From assembly GCF_000757865.1 (NCBI RefSeq), contig NZ_CP007754.1, positions 1,050,001-1,082,000 on the forward strand: DNA of 32,000 bases, written 5' to 3'. The translations under genes were made by a program, and so were the position numbers. This DNA comes from Prochlorococcus sp. MIT 0801. GTDB taxonomy: Bacteria; Cyanobacteriota; Cyanobacteriia; PCC-6307; Cyanobiaceae. Below, piece after piece: positions 25,117 through 32,000 of this stretch. How positions within the stretch are numbered: position 1 is the stretch's first letter; each line of letters starts with the position of its first letter. The notes under the pieces are model-generated. The model was not told where the DNA came from, did no database searches, and saw only the letters and a list, made by a program, of their open reading frames with translations.

Positions 25117-25353
25117 CTATTTAAGAAAAGGAAGAAATTTGCTGAAGGTTGCAGGAAATGATCCAATGATCAGAGCCATCACTCCAAGAACAACAGCCAC
25201 AATCGAATCATCTACTAAAAGATCCTTCCAGTTATATTTCATAAAACCATCATATTGCTTATCCTGTTGAATTTTTATGGGATTAAAGATCAGTTTTACC
25301 GGACGAGATAAATCTTGCCTGACTGTCGAACTCACCCTCGATTCTAAAAGCAA
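25117..25353 (-). CDS. Hypothetical single-TM protein (78 aa from TTG, or 41 aa from the ATG at 25242)
   Basis: C-terminal TM IVAVVLGVMALIIGSFPATF. The start is uncertain. Confidence 0.45.
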   Translation of the reverse strand: MLLESRVSSTVRQDLSRPVKLIFNPIKIQQDKQYDGFMKYNWKDLLVDDSIVAVVLGVMALIIGSFPATFSKFLPFLK

Positions 25354-25362
25354 TAGTGATTT

Positions 25363-25503
25363 CTAAAGCAAAAACCTATGATGATCCCCCATACCATCAA
25401 GTGGGTAGTCGTTTTCAAACTGTTCAACAACTTTAGTTGAAACATTAAATTTATTAATTAAGATAGAGATGCTTTTGTTAATCAAACGAGAAAGGAAAGC
25501 CAT
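25363..25503 (-). CDS. 46-aa hypothetical protein
   Basis: Manual translation MAFLSRLINKSISILINKFNVSTKVVEQFENDYPLDGMGDHHRFLL. Confidence 0.3.
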   Translation of the reverse strand: MAFLSRLINKSISILINKFNVSTKVVEQFENDYPLDGMGDHHRFLL

Positions 25504-25657
25504 AAAACTTTTCAAGTTGTGTTCGTTATAACCACAAGCCCGATACTTTCAAGTGGTTAATACGGAAAAGAAGTTTTATTTAGGTAGCACAAAAATCTGA
25601 TTAAGGTTTTCCAACAACTTTTATGCAATGGTTTATTTGTTAGACGAGTGTTTAAAT

Positions 25658-25882
25658 ATGCGGGCGAGCTTCGACACTCTTACATAATTTACTTTTTTCT
25701 CTCTGACAGTATTACTTACAGGATGCATCACTTCTAGAGGTGGAACTGGAGGAAGCTATCCAGCAGGTTGGAATCCATCTTTTTCTGGTCAACCAGGAAC
25801 TTTCACTTGTGATGGTGCTTCTTGCCAATATGCTGAATTCTATTGCGAGACAGGTGAACACCCCAACATGTGTGATTGCTAG
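25658..25882 (+). pseudogene. Small Cys-rich lipoprotein gene with an in-frame TAA in the signal peptide
   Basis: MRASFDTLT[TAA 25685-25687]FTFFSLTVLLTG|CITSRGGTGGSYPAGWNPSFSGQPGTFTCDGASCQYAEFYCETGEHPNMCDC. A lipobox LLTGC is present and there is no alternative start after the stop. Confidence 0.45.
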
Positions 25883-25890
25883 TTAATTGT

Positions 25891-26112
25891 CTATGACTTA
25901 ATTAATTGATAGCCTTTCACGAGGTTATATAGCCCCCATCCAAAAGCTCCAAGGACAAGGCCATAAAAAACAAATGGAACTATTGGATTTTTATACAAAA
26001 AAGACCTAACTTTTTTTTGAATATTTTCTTTATCAAGTACAGGCAACTTTAACTCAACTGGTTTTTCTCTTGGAGGGAGTCCCAGTTCTTTTCTTCTTTT
26101 AGCTTCTCCCAT
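25891..26112 (-). CDS. Hypothetical protein (73 aa) with C-terminal TM
   Basis: MGEAKRRKELGLPPREKP...IVPFVFYGLVLGAFGWGLYNLV. ATG start. Confidence 0.6.
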   Translation of the reverse strand: MGEAKRRKELGLPPREKPVELKLPVLDKENIQKKVRSFLYKNPIVPFVFYGLVLGAFGWGLYNLVKGYQLIKS

Positions 26113-26207
26113 AAAAAAAGAGGACGTAATCCTCTAAAGATAAATCGGAGTTGGTCTTTGGCTTAAAAAGATTTAGACGGTTTAATAAAAAAAATCATTC
26201 ATTAAGC

Positions 26208-26363
26208 ATGACTGAAAAAGTTTACCCAAAAGAATATGAGGCCGTATGGGAATCTGTTTTAGATTGCGTGGATGGGCTGAAAGAAGAGTTCAGTTGGTCA
26301 AAAGATGTAATTGCCAAGATGCTTAGAGAACTTGCTGAAAAAGTAGAAAGCGAAGAGGGCTAA
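26208..26363 (+). CDS. Small acidic hypothetical protein (51 aa)
   Basis: MTEKVYPKEYEAVWESVLDCVDGLKEEFSWSKDVIAKMLRELAEKVESEEG. The ATG is preferred over the TTG at 26151. Confidence 0.5.
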   Translation: MTEKVYPKEYEAVWESVLDCVDGLKEEFSWSKDVIAKMLRELAEKVESEEG

Positions 26364-26439
26364 AAAAAGACTACAATAGTCTCATCAAGTTAACGACTTA
26401 GCTCTGCTAGCAACTGCTAGCTCAGGTCTAAGAAGTAAA

Positions 26440-26468
26440 AGACCTCCCCTAAAAAGGAGGTTTTTTTG
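26440..26468 (+). terminator. Rho-independent terminator
   Basis: Stem acctcc / ggaggt with an 8-nt loop, an A-run before and a T7 run after, about 77 nt downstream of the 26363 stop. Confidence 0.7.
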
Positions 26469-26706
26469 CAGATAGTGCTCTGGTTAGTGATATGAATTGA
26501 CAATCTCTTTGATTTTCTAAGCATTCACTCAACCTAGTTCTCCTTTATCCAAATTTATTGGTATTGGTAATTCGTATAGATTTTCAGCGCCACCAACATT
26601 TTTTTAATTAGCAAATTTTATACATGCGAAATACATTATGTGAATACTCTCTAAGTAAAACAAATAATTAATTCTAGAAAGGGATAATTAAATCTATTCT
26701 GAGCAA

Positions 26707-26871
26707 ATGGGGCAGGAGCTTAATCATCAAGAAATAGCGAGAAATTTAGCAAAGGCTATGGCAGACAAAGCAAATGAAAATGAACTTAGAAGGTTGTACG
26801 AAGAGACAATGTTTCAGCAGTTCATCTCAATGGAAAAAAGTGAATTATCTGAGCTTTTATGGCATGGATAA
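26707..26871 (+). CDS. 54-aa hypothetical protein
   Basis: Manual translation MGQELNHQEIARNLAKAMADKANENELRRLYEETMFQQFISMEKSELSELLWHG. Confidence 0.4.
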   Translation: MGQELNHQEIARNLAKAMADKANENELRRLYEETMFQQFISMEKSELSELLWHG

Positions 26872-26924
26872 TCAAACTCACACAGTTGGGTTTTAGAATT
26901 TAAAAAATCTTTTTTTAGCAAATC

Positions 26925-27113
26925 ATGCAATATCTTTTTGGTCTTACTCTTTCAGAAATGGGAATAAGTCCTTTATTAGTCGCCATAATAATTTCCTTTA
27001 GCATTTTATTTATCGTTGCCTTTGGTCTTAGCTCAAAGAATATGGATAGTGATGGAATTATGAATTGGATGATGAAAAAGCCTGAAGACTGGATAGGAAA
27101 TAAAAAGTCATAA
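26925..27113 (+). CDS. 62-aa membrane protein
   Basis: TM ISPLLVAIIISFSILFIVAFGL followed by a polar tail. Preferred over the antisense ORF 26915-27118. Confidence 0.45.
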   Translation: MQYLFGLTLSEMGISPLLVAIIISFSILFIVAFGLSSKNMDSDGIMNWMMKKPEDWIGNKKS

Positions 27114-27317
27114 CGCATCCGTCAAACTTTCTTGTTCAATATCCTTTAACTTTAGGTTTATATCTTGCAATCTATTTTTAGCCATAGAAATATATTCTTC
27201 TGCACCGTATCTTCCTTAAAAGGTTTTAGTTTCTCCTTTAAAAAAATCCTTGTACATTTTTATATCACTCTGCCATTGATCTCTAGCTACAATTAAAGAT
27301 TTATATTGTCTAGTCAT
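27108..27317 (-). pseudogene. 69-codon reading frame with one internal in-frame TAA
   Basis: MTRQYKSLIVARDQWQSDIKMYKDFFKGETKTF[TAA 27216-27218]GRYGAEEYISMAKNRLQDINLKLKDIEQESLTDAL. It could instead be two tiny ORFs. Confidence 0.3.
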
Positions 27318-27326
27318 TTTGGATAT

Positions 27327-27638
27327 TCATCGTTTAGTTGAATTAACCATAGACATAACAAAACATGAAATAAAAGAAATTATATTTGCACTCAAGCGTC
27401 CCATAGGAGTTGAGATTGATAAAGATCTTTCAAAATTCCTAACTAAATCTAATCTTGACTCCTTGATAGTCTTTTCACCTCTGGTATTTAAAATGTCCTC
27501 TATGATTTCATGCATTTGCTCATGCATAGGGTGTGAATTGTTAATACTCCAATATCTATCTAAAGCATGAAGCTTACTATTACTAAAACACTCCGCTCGA
27601 CTCTTAAAGAAAATACAATCAGCAGATGACATGAACAT
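27327..27638 (-). CDS. Hypothetical protein (103 aa)
   Basis: ATG start. The N-terminal two thirds look protein-like (DRYWSINNSHPMHEQMHEIIEDILNTRGEK). It overlaps a plus-strand ORF, so the strand call is uncertain. Confidence 0.35.
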   Translation of the reverse strand: MFMSSADCIFFKSRAECFSNSKLHALDRYWSINNSHPMHEQMHEIIEDILNTRGEKTIKESRLDLVRNFERSLSISTPMGRLSANIISFISCFVMSMVNSTKR

Positions 27639-27690
27639 ATACTGTCTCAGACTTGAAAAATATATATTTCATTTTCGCTCCTATACCTAA

Positions 27691-27900
27691 AGACAGTCTA
27701 GAAAAAATGAAACACAATCTTGTTTCTTAATTACATCAAGGCATCGTGATGTAAATGCTTCATATGCTGGTGGGATTCCACTAAGTAAGATCGAGGCTGT
27801 TATGGATCACACCACAGAAGTGAATCATCAAAGTTATGCAAGATACATTCCAAACGGTACGGCTGATCTGTATGCCAAGCGCAACTCGAGGGTCGCATAA
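27691..27900 (+). pseudogene. 3'-terminal remnant of a tyrosine recombinase (phage-type integrase) gene
   Basis: The open frame has no start codon. ...CFLITSRHRDVNASYAGGIPLSKIEAVMDHTTEVNHQSYARYIPNGTADLYAKRNSRVA* fits the box II pattern R-H...G.pl..I...(M/L)(G/D)H......Y. Confidence 0.5.
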
Positions 27901-28095
27901 ATATGGAAAAAGACTCAAGTCGCTCAAATACTTTGCTCCTCTAGTTCAGATAGTTCTATGCCCTGTAACTATTATGTTTTTATGGGCTGTGTTTACAGGT
28001 CCTGAAGTAACCCTTGAAGTAAATGAAGAATTAGTTCGTAAAGAATAGACAAAGGTCTAATGTTTACATCTCATCAAGGTTGACATGATAGACGT

Positions 28096-28333
28096 ATGAA
28101 AAGTTTTTTTTAGTTATGCCATAGCATTTCTTTTTATCTTTATCGCACTTTCATCACAAGTTCATGGTTTTCAAAATGAATCGATCCTAGATAAATCCCA
28201 AATAATAATTGCAAATAAATACGCAGAGAGATTTTACAGTGCTAAAGCCGATCATTTTTTTGAAGGGTTAGACTATATGCCATTACAAATCTTGCAGTCC
28301 TTGGAATTTTTCTTTATGTCACTTATAGAATGA
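28096..28333 (+). pseudogene. Secreted-protein gene frameshifted in a T8 run
   Basis: The ATG at 28096 reads MKSFF then TAG. Removing one T from the run 28104-28111 gives MKSFFSYAIAFLFIFIALSSQVHG|FQNESILDKSQIIIANKYAERFYSAKADHFFEGLDYMPLQILQSLEFFFMSLIE. Confidence 0.5.
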
Positions 28334-28425
28334 CCAGAAAATAAAAACCTTTATATGAAAAATCAATAACAAAAAAATATAGTTAATTTATTTAAAACGT
28401 GAGATGTTCTTAAAACAGAAATTAA

Positions 28426-28545
28426 TTAGCCGAATTTAGAAGCAACAAATATTGCAAGTATAGATAGCTTTGCAGCGATGCCAAAAGCGATTATTTTTCC
28501 AAAACTTGAACCATCTCTTGTTTTGGAGGTATCAGCTGAAGTCAT
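28426..28545 (-). CDS. 39-aa membrane mini-protein (family 4)
   Basis: Manual translation MTSADTSKTRDGSSFGKIIAFGIAAKLSILAIFVASKFG. Confidence 0.45.
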   Translation of the reverse strand: MTSADTSKTRDGSSFGKIIAFGIAAKLSILAIFVASKFG

Positions 28546-28666
28546 GAGAAAGAATTAATTGAACTTCAAGCGGAGTTAAATCACTATTTTCTAATCCCCA
28601 AAGCTCACCATTGTCGGAAGCTTCAAGAATGGATTCGTAAAAATCAGGTGAAAAATTTGAAGGCAT
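28532..28666 (-). CDS. 44-aa acidic mini-protein
   Basis: MPSNFSPDFYESILEASDNGELWGLENSDLTPLEVQLILSHDFS. Its 3' end overlaps the next ATG. Confidence 0.4.
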   Translation of the reverse strand: MPSNFSPDFYESILEASDNGELWGLENSDLTPLEVQLILSHDFS

Positions 28667-28674
28667 TGTTTTAA

Positions 28675-28785
28675 TTAAACGATTACAGAAGTAGCAACAT
28701 CAAATGAACCTGATGCGAGTAGAAGAGCAGGGATGCAGAAGAGAGTTAGGAACTTAGCTGTTGAGGAATTATCGATTGAAGTCAT
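28675..28785 (-). CDS. 36-aa membrane mini-protein (family 1)
   Basis: Manual translation MTSIDNSSTAKFLTLFCIPALLLASGSFDVATSVIV. Confidence 0.5.
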   Translation of the reverse strand: MTSIDNSSTAKFLTLFCIPALLLASGSFDVATSVIV

Positions 28786-29271
28786 GTCAGGTAGAGGGAG
28801 ATAATTTTTCGGTAATACAGGGATTGAACATTACATTCACCGATGAGTTGAGTATAAAAAGTACTCTTGAAATGATGATGTTCGGTTGAGGTAGTGCTTT
28901 CCACGCCCTTCCACAGATAGGAGGAGTAGACCAAAGGTCTAGCAGGGAGGATAAACTAAATCATATATAGTTTTGTTCTTGATCTTCTTGTTCCAATAAT
29001 CGAAAATCGACAAAAAATATTGCGGCTGATGAGACTAAGATTAAAACAGTTCAGCCCAGCAAAAAAGTGTATCTTTTTAGATATGCTAGTCAAAATTGTA
29101 TAGTCTACACAAGGAGAAAACTGGTATCAATAAGGAAGCTTAATTGCAATTTTTTAACTGACTGATCTATATTTAATATTGTTCTGGAGTAGACATTTGA
29201 AAGATCGAGGCAGAGTTAATAACTAAGAGTATTCCAAACATTATTGCGTGATGTGGAGTAAAGATAATGGT

Positions 29272-29339
29272 GCAGATCCCCGCGTGAAGATAAGAAGTTA
29301 AGGAGGTAGTGCGTTGTAGTAAAAATACGACTTTTTTTT
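29272..29339 (+). ncRNA. Candidate small RNA (GC-rich element D) with intrinsic terminator
   Basis: GATAAT box at 29263-29268, body ...CCCCGCGTGAAG...AAGGAGGTAGTGCG, hairpin gttgta/tacgac (29313-29331, one G-U pair), then a T8 run at 29332-29339. No ORF. Confidence 0.35.
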
Positions 29340-29516
29340 AGGGAGTTCTACACACCGACAGGACATACAGATCGATTAGAAAGTTAACGTGTATGAAAAA
29401 TTTGAAAATGTTTACTTTCTCCAGCATTCCTAAATCAAAAATGACTGATCTTTGACGTAACAAAAGCCGACAAAGAAAAAGCATACAAACATGTTCAAAA
29501 CCATTTATCCAGCTTC

Positions 29517-29633
29517 ATGAAATCATCTGACTTTTATCTCTCATTTTTTTCCCGTAGACCACTCGAAATGAGTTTGTTTTTTGTTTATTGCGGAGCATTA
29601 GCTTGTTTCGTTAGTTCTATAGGTCATTACTAA
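29517..29633 (+). CDS. 38-aa membrane mini-protein
   Basis: Manual translation MKSSDFYLSFFSRRPLEMSLFFVYCGALACFVSSIGHY. Confidence 0.3.
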   Translation: MKSSDFYLSFFSRRPLEMSLFFVYCGALACFVSSIGHY

Positions 29634-29641
29634 TAAATAAA

Positions 29642-29743
29642 ATGAATTCTTCTAATGATTTATTTCAAAAGCCAATAGCAATGACATTTGCTTTTGTTGT
29701 CTGTACTTATTTAGCTGATTCTTTGGTAGGTAGTTTTGTATGA
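29642..29743 (+). CDS. 33-aa membrane mini-protein
   Basis: MNSSNDLFQKPIAMTFAFVVCTYLADSLVGSFV. ATGA overlap with the next ORF. Confidence 0.35.
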   Translation: MNSSNDLFQKPIAMTFAFVVCTYLADSLVGSFV

Positions 29744-29937
29744 AAATTCCAACTATTAGCCTTAAAAGAGTCCTTGAAGTGACAATGAATGATGCTGTAA
29801 AAAGAATAAATGAGCTAGATGGACTGAATGAAAAAGCACTAAGAGAGGAGTACAAAGAATGGATTGAAGCAAGTGAAGGCAGCAAAGACCAGCCACATGT
29901 CCTTTATGCCAACCAAATCAATATTGAACAAAGTTAG
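29740..29937 (+). CDS. 65-aa hypothetical protein
   Basis: Charged, helical-looking sequence (...NDAVKRINELDGLNEKALREEYKEWIEASEG...). Preferred over the antisense ORF 29652-29885. Confidence 0.55.
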   Translation: MKIPTISLKRVLEVTMNDAVKRINELDGLNEKALREEYKEWIEASEGSKDQPHVLYANQINIEQS

Positions 29938-30206
29938 CTCATAAAAAAAGATCAATAAGATACTTAATTTCAGGAAGTATCGACAACTCAAAAAAAAGCA
30001 AAACTTTTAGACAAAAAGGAATAATTGATTCACTCAAAATACTATAGACACATTAATAGTGCTAAGTAAATAGCTGATCTATACGAATTACTCCTCCAAA
30101 TGTGAGGCGTTGACTTAAGCCAATCTTACAAAGTTACAACCCAAGTCATTAGTATATAGACAATGATTATCGTTTTAGCGAGGGTATATAGATCCTTACT
30201 TCGACT

Positions 30207-30371
30207 ATGGATTCTTGCACCAAAGATATTCATAGATATGCTTTCGCAATGGTTAAGGCCGCAAGGTCAATGCCAGCTGATATTGCAGAAAAGCTCGATC
30301 ACATAAAGCAATTAAGATTTAATGTTCAATTAAAGGTATTAAGAAAAAGAATCAACAGACGATCAAATTAG
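30207..30371 (+). CDS. 54-aa hypothetical protein
   Basis: Manual translation MDSCTKDIHRYAFAMVKAARSMPADIAEKLDHIKQLRFNVQLKVLRKRINRRSN. Confidence 0.4.
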   Translation: MDSCTKDIHRYAFAMVKAARSMPADIAEKLDHIKQLRFNVQLKVLRKRINRRSN

Positions 30372-30497
30372 GTAGACCTATTTATGTTTATATTGTAAAA
30401 ACTTTTCCTACTTCCGGGATATAGGAGTAAAGATATAAAGATCAAGCCAACAGTGGAAAGTCTAAGATTGATTGGATCAAGTTAGATTGACAATCGC

Positions 30498-30540
30498 TCA
30501 ACAATCATTTTTGCCTAACGGAAAAATTGTTGATTTTAGG
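30498..30540 (+). terminator. Weak AT-rich hairpin plus T-run (possible terminator)
   Basis: Arms tcaacaatcattttt / aaaaattgttga (one bulge) around the loop gcctaacgg, followed by tttt. Confidence 0.25.
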
Positions 30541-30639
30541 TAAGAAAGCCTCAATCATTTAATCATCTTGATAACTAAGTTTACTAGGCAATTTTTTTCT
30601 AAAAATTAGACTCCAAGAAAATAACATTCAGATGCCTGA

Positions 30640-31026
30640 TTATATAATCAACGAACTGGTTTAAATACAGACTCAGGACGTATGTTTCGTTTGTATAACG
30701 CTTCATTTAAACGCTTACCTAATGCTGATGGAATGGCATATTGGTTTAATCAGTTTAGCTCTAGAGCAAACTCCATCAGAGTCGTTGCATCATCATTTCT
30801 AGGTTCAGCTGAATTTGTTGAGTGATTTGGAGATAACGTTTCTGATTCCACCTATGTGAATACTCTCTACAAAAATGTCTTAAAGAGAGATGCTGATACA
30901 AGAGGCCTAAACTATTAGTTATGAAAACTTAATAGTGGAGCAGAAACAAGATTTGAAGTTTTACTTGGCTTCTCTGAATCAGCAGAGAATAAAACTCTTT
31001 TTATTGAAATGACGAGGTTTGGTTAA
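30640..31026 (+). pseudogene. DUF4214-like repeat remnant with three in-frame stops and no credible full-length start
   Basis: ...MFRLYNASFKRLPNADGMAYWFNQFSSRANSIRVVASSFLGSAEFVE[TGA 30823]FGDNVSDSTYVNTLYKNVLKRDADTRGLNY[TAG 30916]L[TGA 30922]KLNSGAETRFEVLLGFSESAENKTLF... These are two DUF4214-type repeats. Confidence 0.65.
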
Positions 31027-31150
31027 CCTTTGCAGGGTTGGGGAAACTACTACTAAGAGGGGCAAATAGCCTTTCTTTTTTAGTCTTGTTGCTGATAATT
31101 ACTGTTTAAGAGATACTACCGTTAGTCGGTGGAGTAATGAAACTTCTTTT

Positions 31151-31324
31151 TCAGTCAGTTTCTTTTGATCGAGTAAACATATAATCTTCCCATGCATCAT
31201 AGTCGTGATTGCATAACGCTCTTATAGCCTGATTCTTTAAACTTTCTTCGTAGTTCTTGGCATCATTAAGCGAGTCAAATCTTGTACCGTCAAAAGATTC
31301 GTAGATAGTAATTTCTTTGACCAC
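31151..31324 (-). CDS. 57-aa hypothetical protein (GTG start, or ATG at 31332 if an A-run differs by 1 nt)
   Basis: Manual translation VVKEITIYESFDGTRFDSLNDAKNYEESLKNQAIRALCNHDYDAWEDYMFTRSKETD. Confidence 0.4.
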   Translation of the reverse strand: MVKEITIYESFDGTRFDSLNDAKNYEESLKNQAIRALCNHDYDAWEDYMFTRSKETD

Positions 31325-31378
31325 ATTTTCATATCACCCTTCTATATCATTAAACAAATAATTGATTAATGACAAGTT

Positions 31379-31510
31379 TTAGCTAAGACCTGAAAAGAAA
31401 AAATACCAAATGAAAACGATTGCGTTTAGGCCAAAGGTCACTGAAATCCCAATGATCTTGAATTTCATTCCAACATCATTCGAACCAGAATTTAATTTCA
31501 CGTCAGGCAT
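31379..31510 (-). CDS. 43-aa membrane mini-protein
   Basis: MPDVKLNSGSNDVGMKFKIIGISVTFGLNAIVFIWYFFFSGLS. Its start overlaps the upstream stop by 8 nt. Confidence 0.4.
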   Translation of the reverse strand: MPDVKLNSGSNDVGMKFKIIGISVTFGLNAIVFIWYFFFSGLS

Positions 31511-31739
31511 CGTTATTCTCCTTTGATTGATTTGAGGCCTTCTCGAGAAACTCGACAAATTCTTTTTGTTTTGGAGTAAGTTCCTCGTTCTCTTTCTTCC
31601 CTTTTTTGATTAATGGATTGTTTGGGAAAAAGAATGTAACTATTCGCCCAAAGTAAAAAGCTCCTAATAAAACAAAACCACCACCACCCACATAAATCAG
31701 CAGGTTGGTTTGTGTAGAAGTTGCAAAAATTGGAACCAT
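31503..31739 (-). CDS. 78-aa single-TM protein (family 2, intact copy)
   Basis: MVPIFATSTQTNLLIYVGGGGFVLLGAFYFGRIVTFFFPNNPLIKKGKKENEELTPKQKEF... The paralogous pseudogene lies at 24868-25026. Confidence 0.6.
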   Translation of the reverse strand: MVPIFATSTQTNLLIYVGGGGFVLLGAFYFGRIVTFFFPNNPLIKKGKKENEELTPKQKEFVEFLEKASNQSKENNDA

Positions 31740-31850
31740 TAATCCTATTTTTCCGTAAACGAAAATTGGAAAAGGACTGATCTAAATCAGCCCTAGTTAT
31801 ATAGAGAGCCATCGACTGTCGACCTTCTTTATTCAATCAGAAAGGGTTAT

Positions 31851-32000
31851 TTATTCAGTCGGGACAGTGGTCTTTTTACCTTTAGCTCCCGCTGAGGCGC
31901 TAAAAACCACCATCTCTTCATCACCATTGTTTTGACAATAATGAGGAGTATCTTGGGATGAAGCGAAGCTTTCACCAGCTCCTAATGTCAGTGATTGTCC
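31851..32000 (-). CDS. C-terminal part of a cupin-like protein (5' end outside window)
   Basis: The frame is open from the window edge. GQSLTLGAGESFASSQDTPHYCQNNGDEEMVVFSASAGAKGKKTTVPTE* resembles the second cupin motif region. Confidence 0.45.
   Translation of the reverse strand, partial: GQSLTLGAGESFASSQDTPHYCQNNGDEEMVVFSASAGAKGKKTTVPTE

Noticed and set aside
26915-27570. ORFs 26915-27118 (-) and 27319-27570 (+)
   Set aside because: Each overlaps an opposite-strand ORF judged slightly more protein-like. The calls in this stretch remain low confidence either way.
27836-28048. Plus-strand 70-aa ORF
   Set aside because: Its 5' third overlaps the integrase-like frame, which has recognisable catalytic-motif spacing. 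The remainder has no supporting features.
29652-29885. Minus-strand 77-aa ORF
   Set aside because: It is a Ser/Leu/Phe-rich antisense shadow of two coupled plus-strand ORFs.
12869-31026. Stop-codon reassignment or programmed readthrough as the explanation for the many in-frame stops
   Set aside because: All three stop codons (TAA, TAG, TGA) occur as interruptions, and the same codons terminate the clearly intact genes (pil genes, psbA, hli). Frameshifts co-occur with the in-frame stops. Ordinary pseudogenisation or sequence error explains this more simply.
31513-31836. Minus-strand 107-aa ORF
   Set aside because: It is an alternative frame of the family-2 gene 31503-31739, which is supported by a paralog. 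It also has a TTG start.
1-32000. CRISPR arrays, rRNA and tRNA genes
   Set aside because: No regularly spaced direct repeats and no cloverleaf-like or rRNA-like conserved segments were recognised by eye. A tRNAscan or Infernal run would be needed to exclude them formally.

Overview
Very AT-rich window that reads like a high-light Prochlorococcus-type marine picocyanobacterium, based on D1/psbA, tandem hli genes and many tiny ORFs. This identification is an inference. (1) Bases 1-12.8 kb hold an apparently intact type IV pilus (T4P) gene set in two convergent operons. The plus operon is pilQ(3' end)-pilN-like-pilO-like, two small membrane-anchored proteins, a minor pilin, and a pilM-like gene with a long low-complexity tail. 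The minus operon is a membrane protein, pilD, a PilP-like lipoprotein, pilA, a 441-aa Cys-rich pilin with GGGGN repeats, pilB, pilT and pilC. (2) Bases 12.8-19.5 kb hold a possible gene relic, four tandem hli genes, small membrane-peptide genes, psbA with a clear terminator and a fibrillin-like CDS. They also hold an endonuclease VIII (nei) gene broken by two in-frame stops and a fibrillin-like gene broken by two homopolymer frameshifts. (3) Bases 19.5-32 kb look like a hypervariable genomic island. It contains dozens of 30-180 aa ORFs of unknown function, several paralog families and duplicated mini-membrane-protein modules. It also has recurrent GC-rich motifs or sRNA candidates, a tyrosine-integrase 3' remnant, a DUF4214-like remnant with three in-frame stops, further interrupted ORFs, and a partial cupin gene at the right edge. 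No rRNA, tRNA or CRISPR array was recognised. The two main points are the unusually organised T4P system with its giant Cys-rich pilin, and the contrast between that intact cluster and the many disrupted genes around it.
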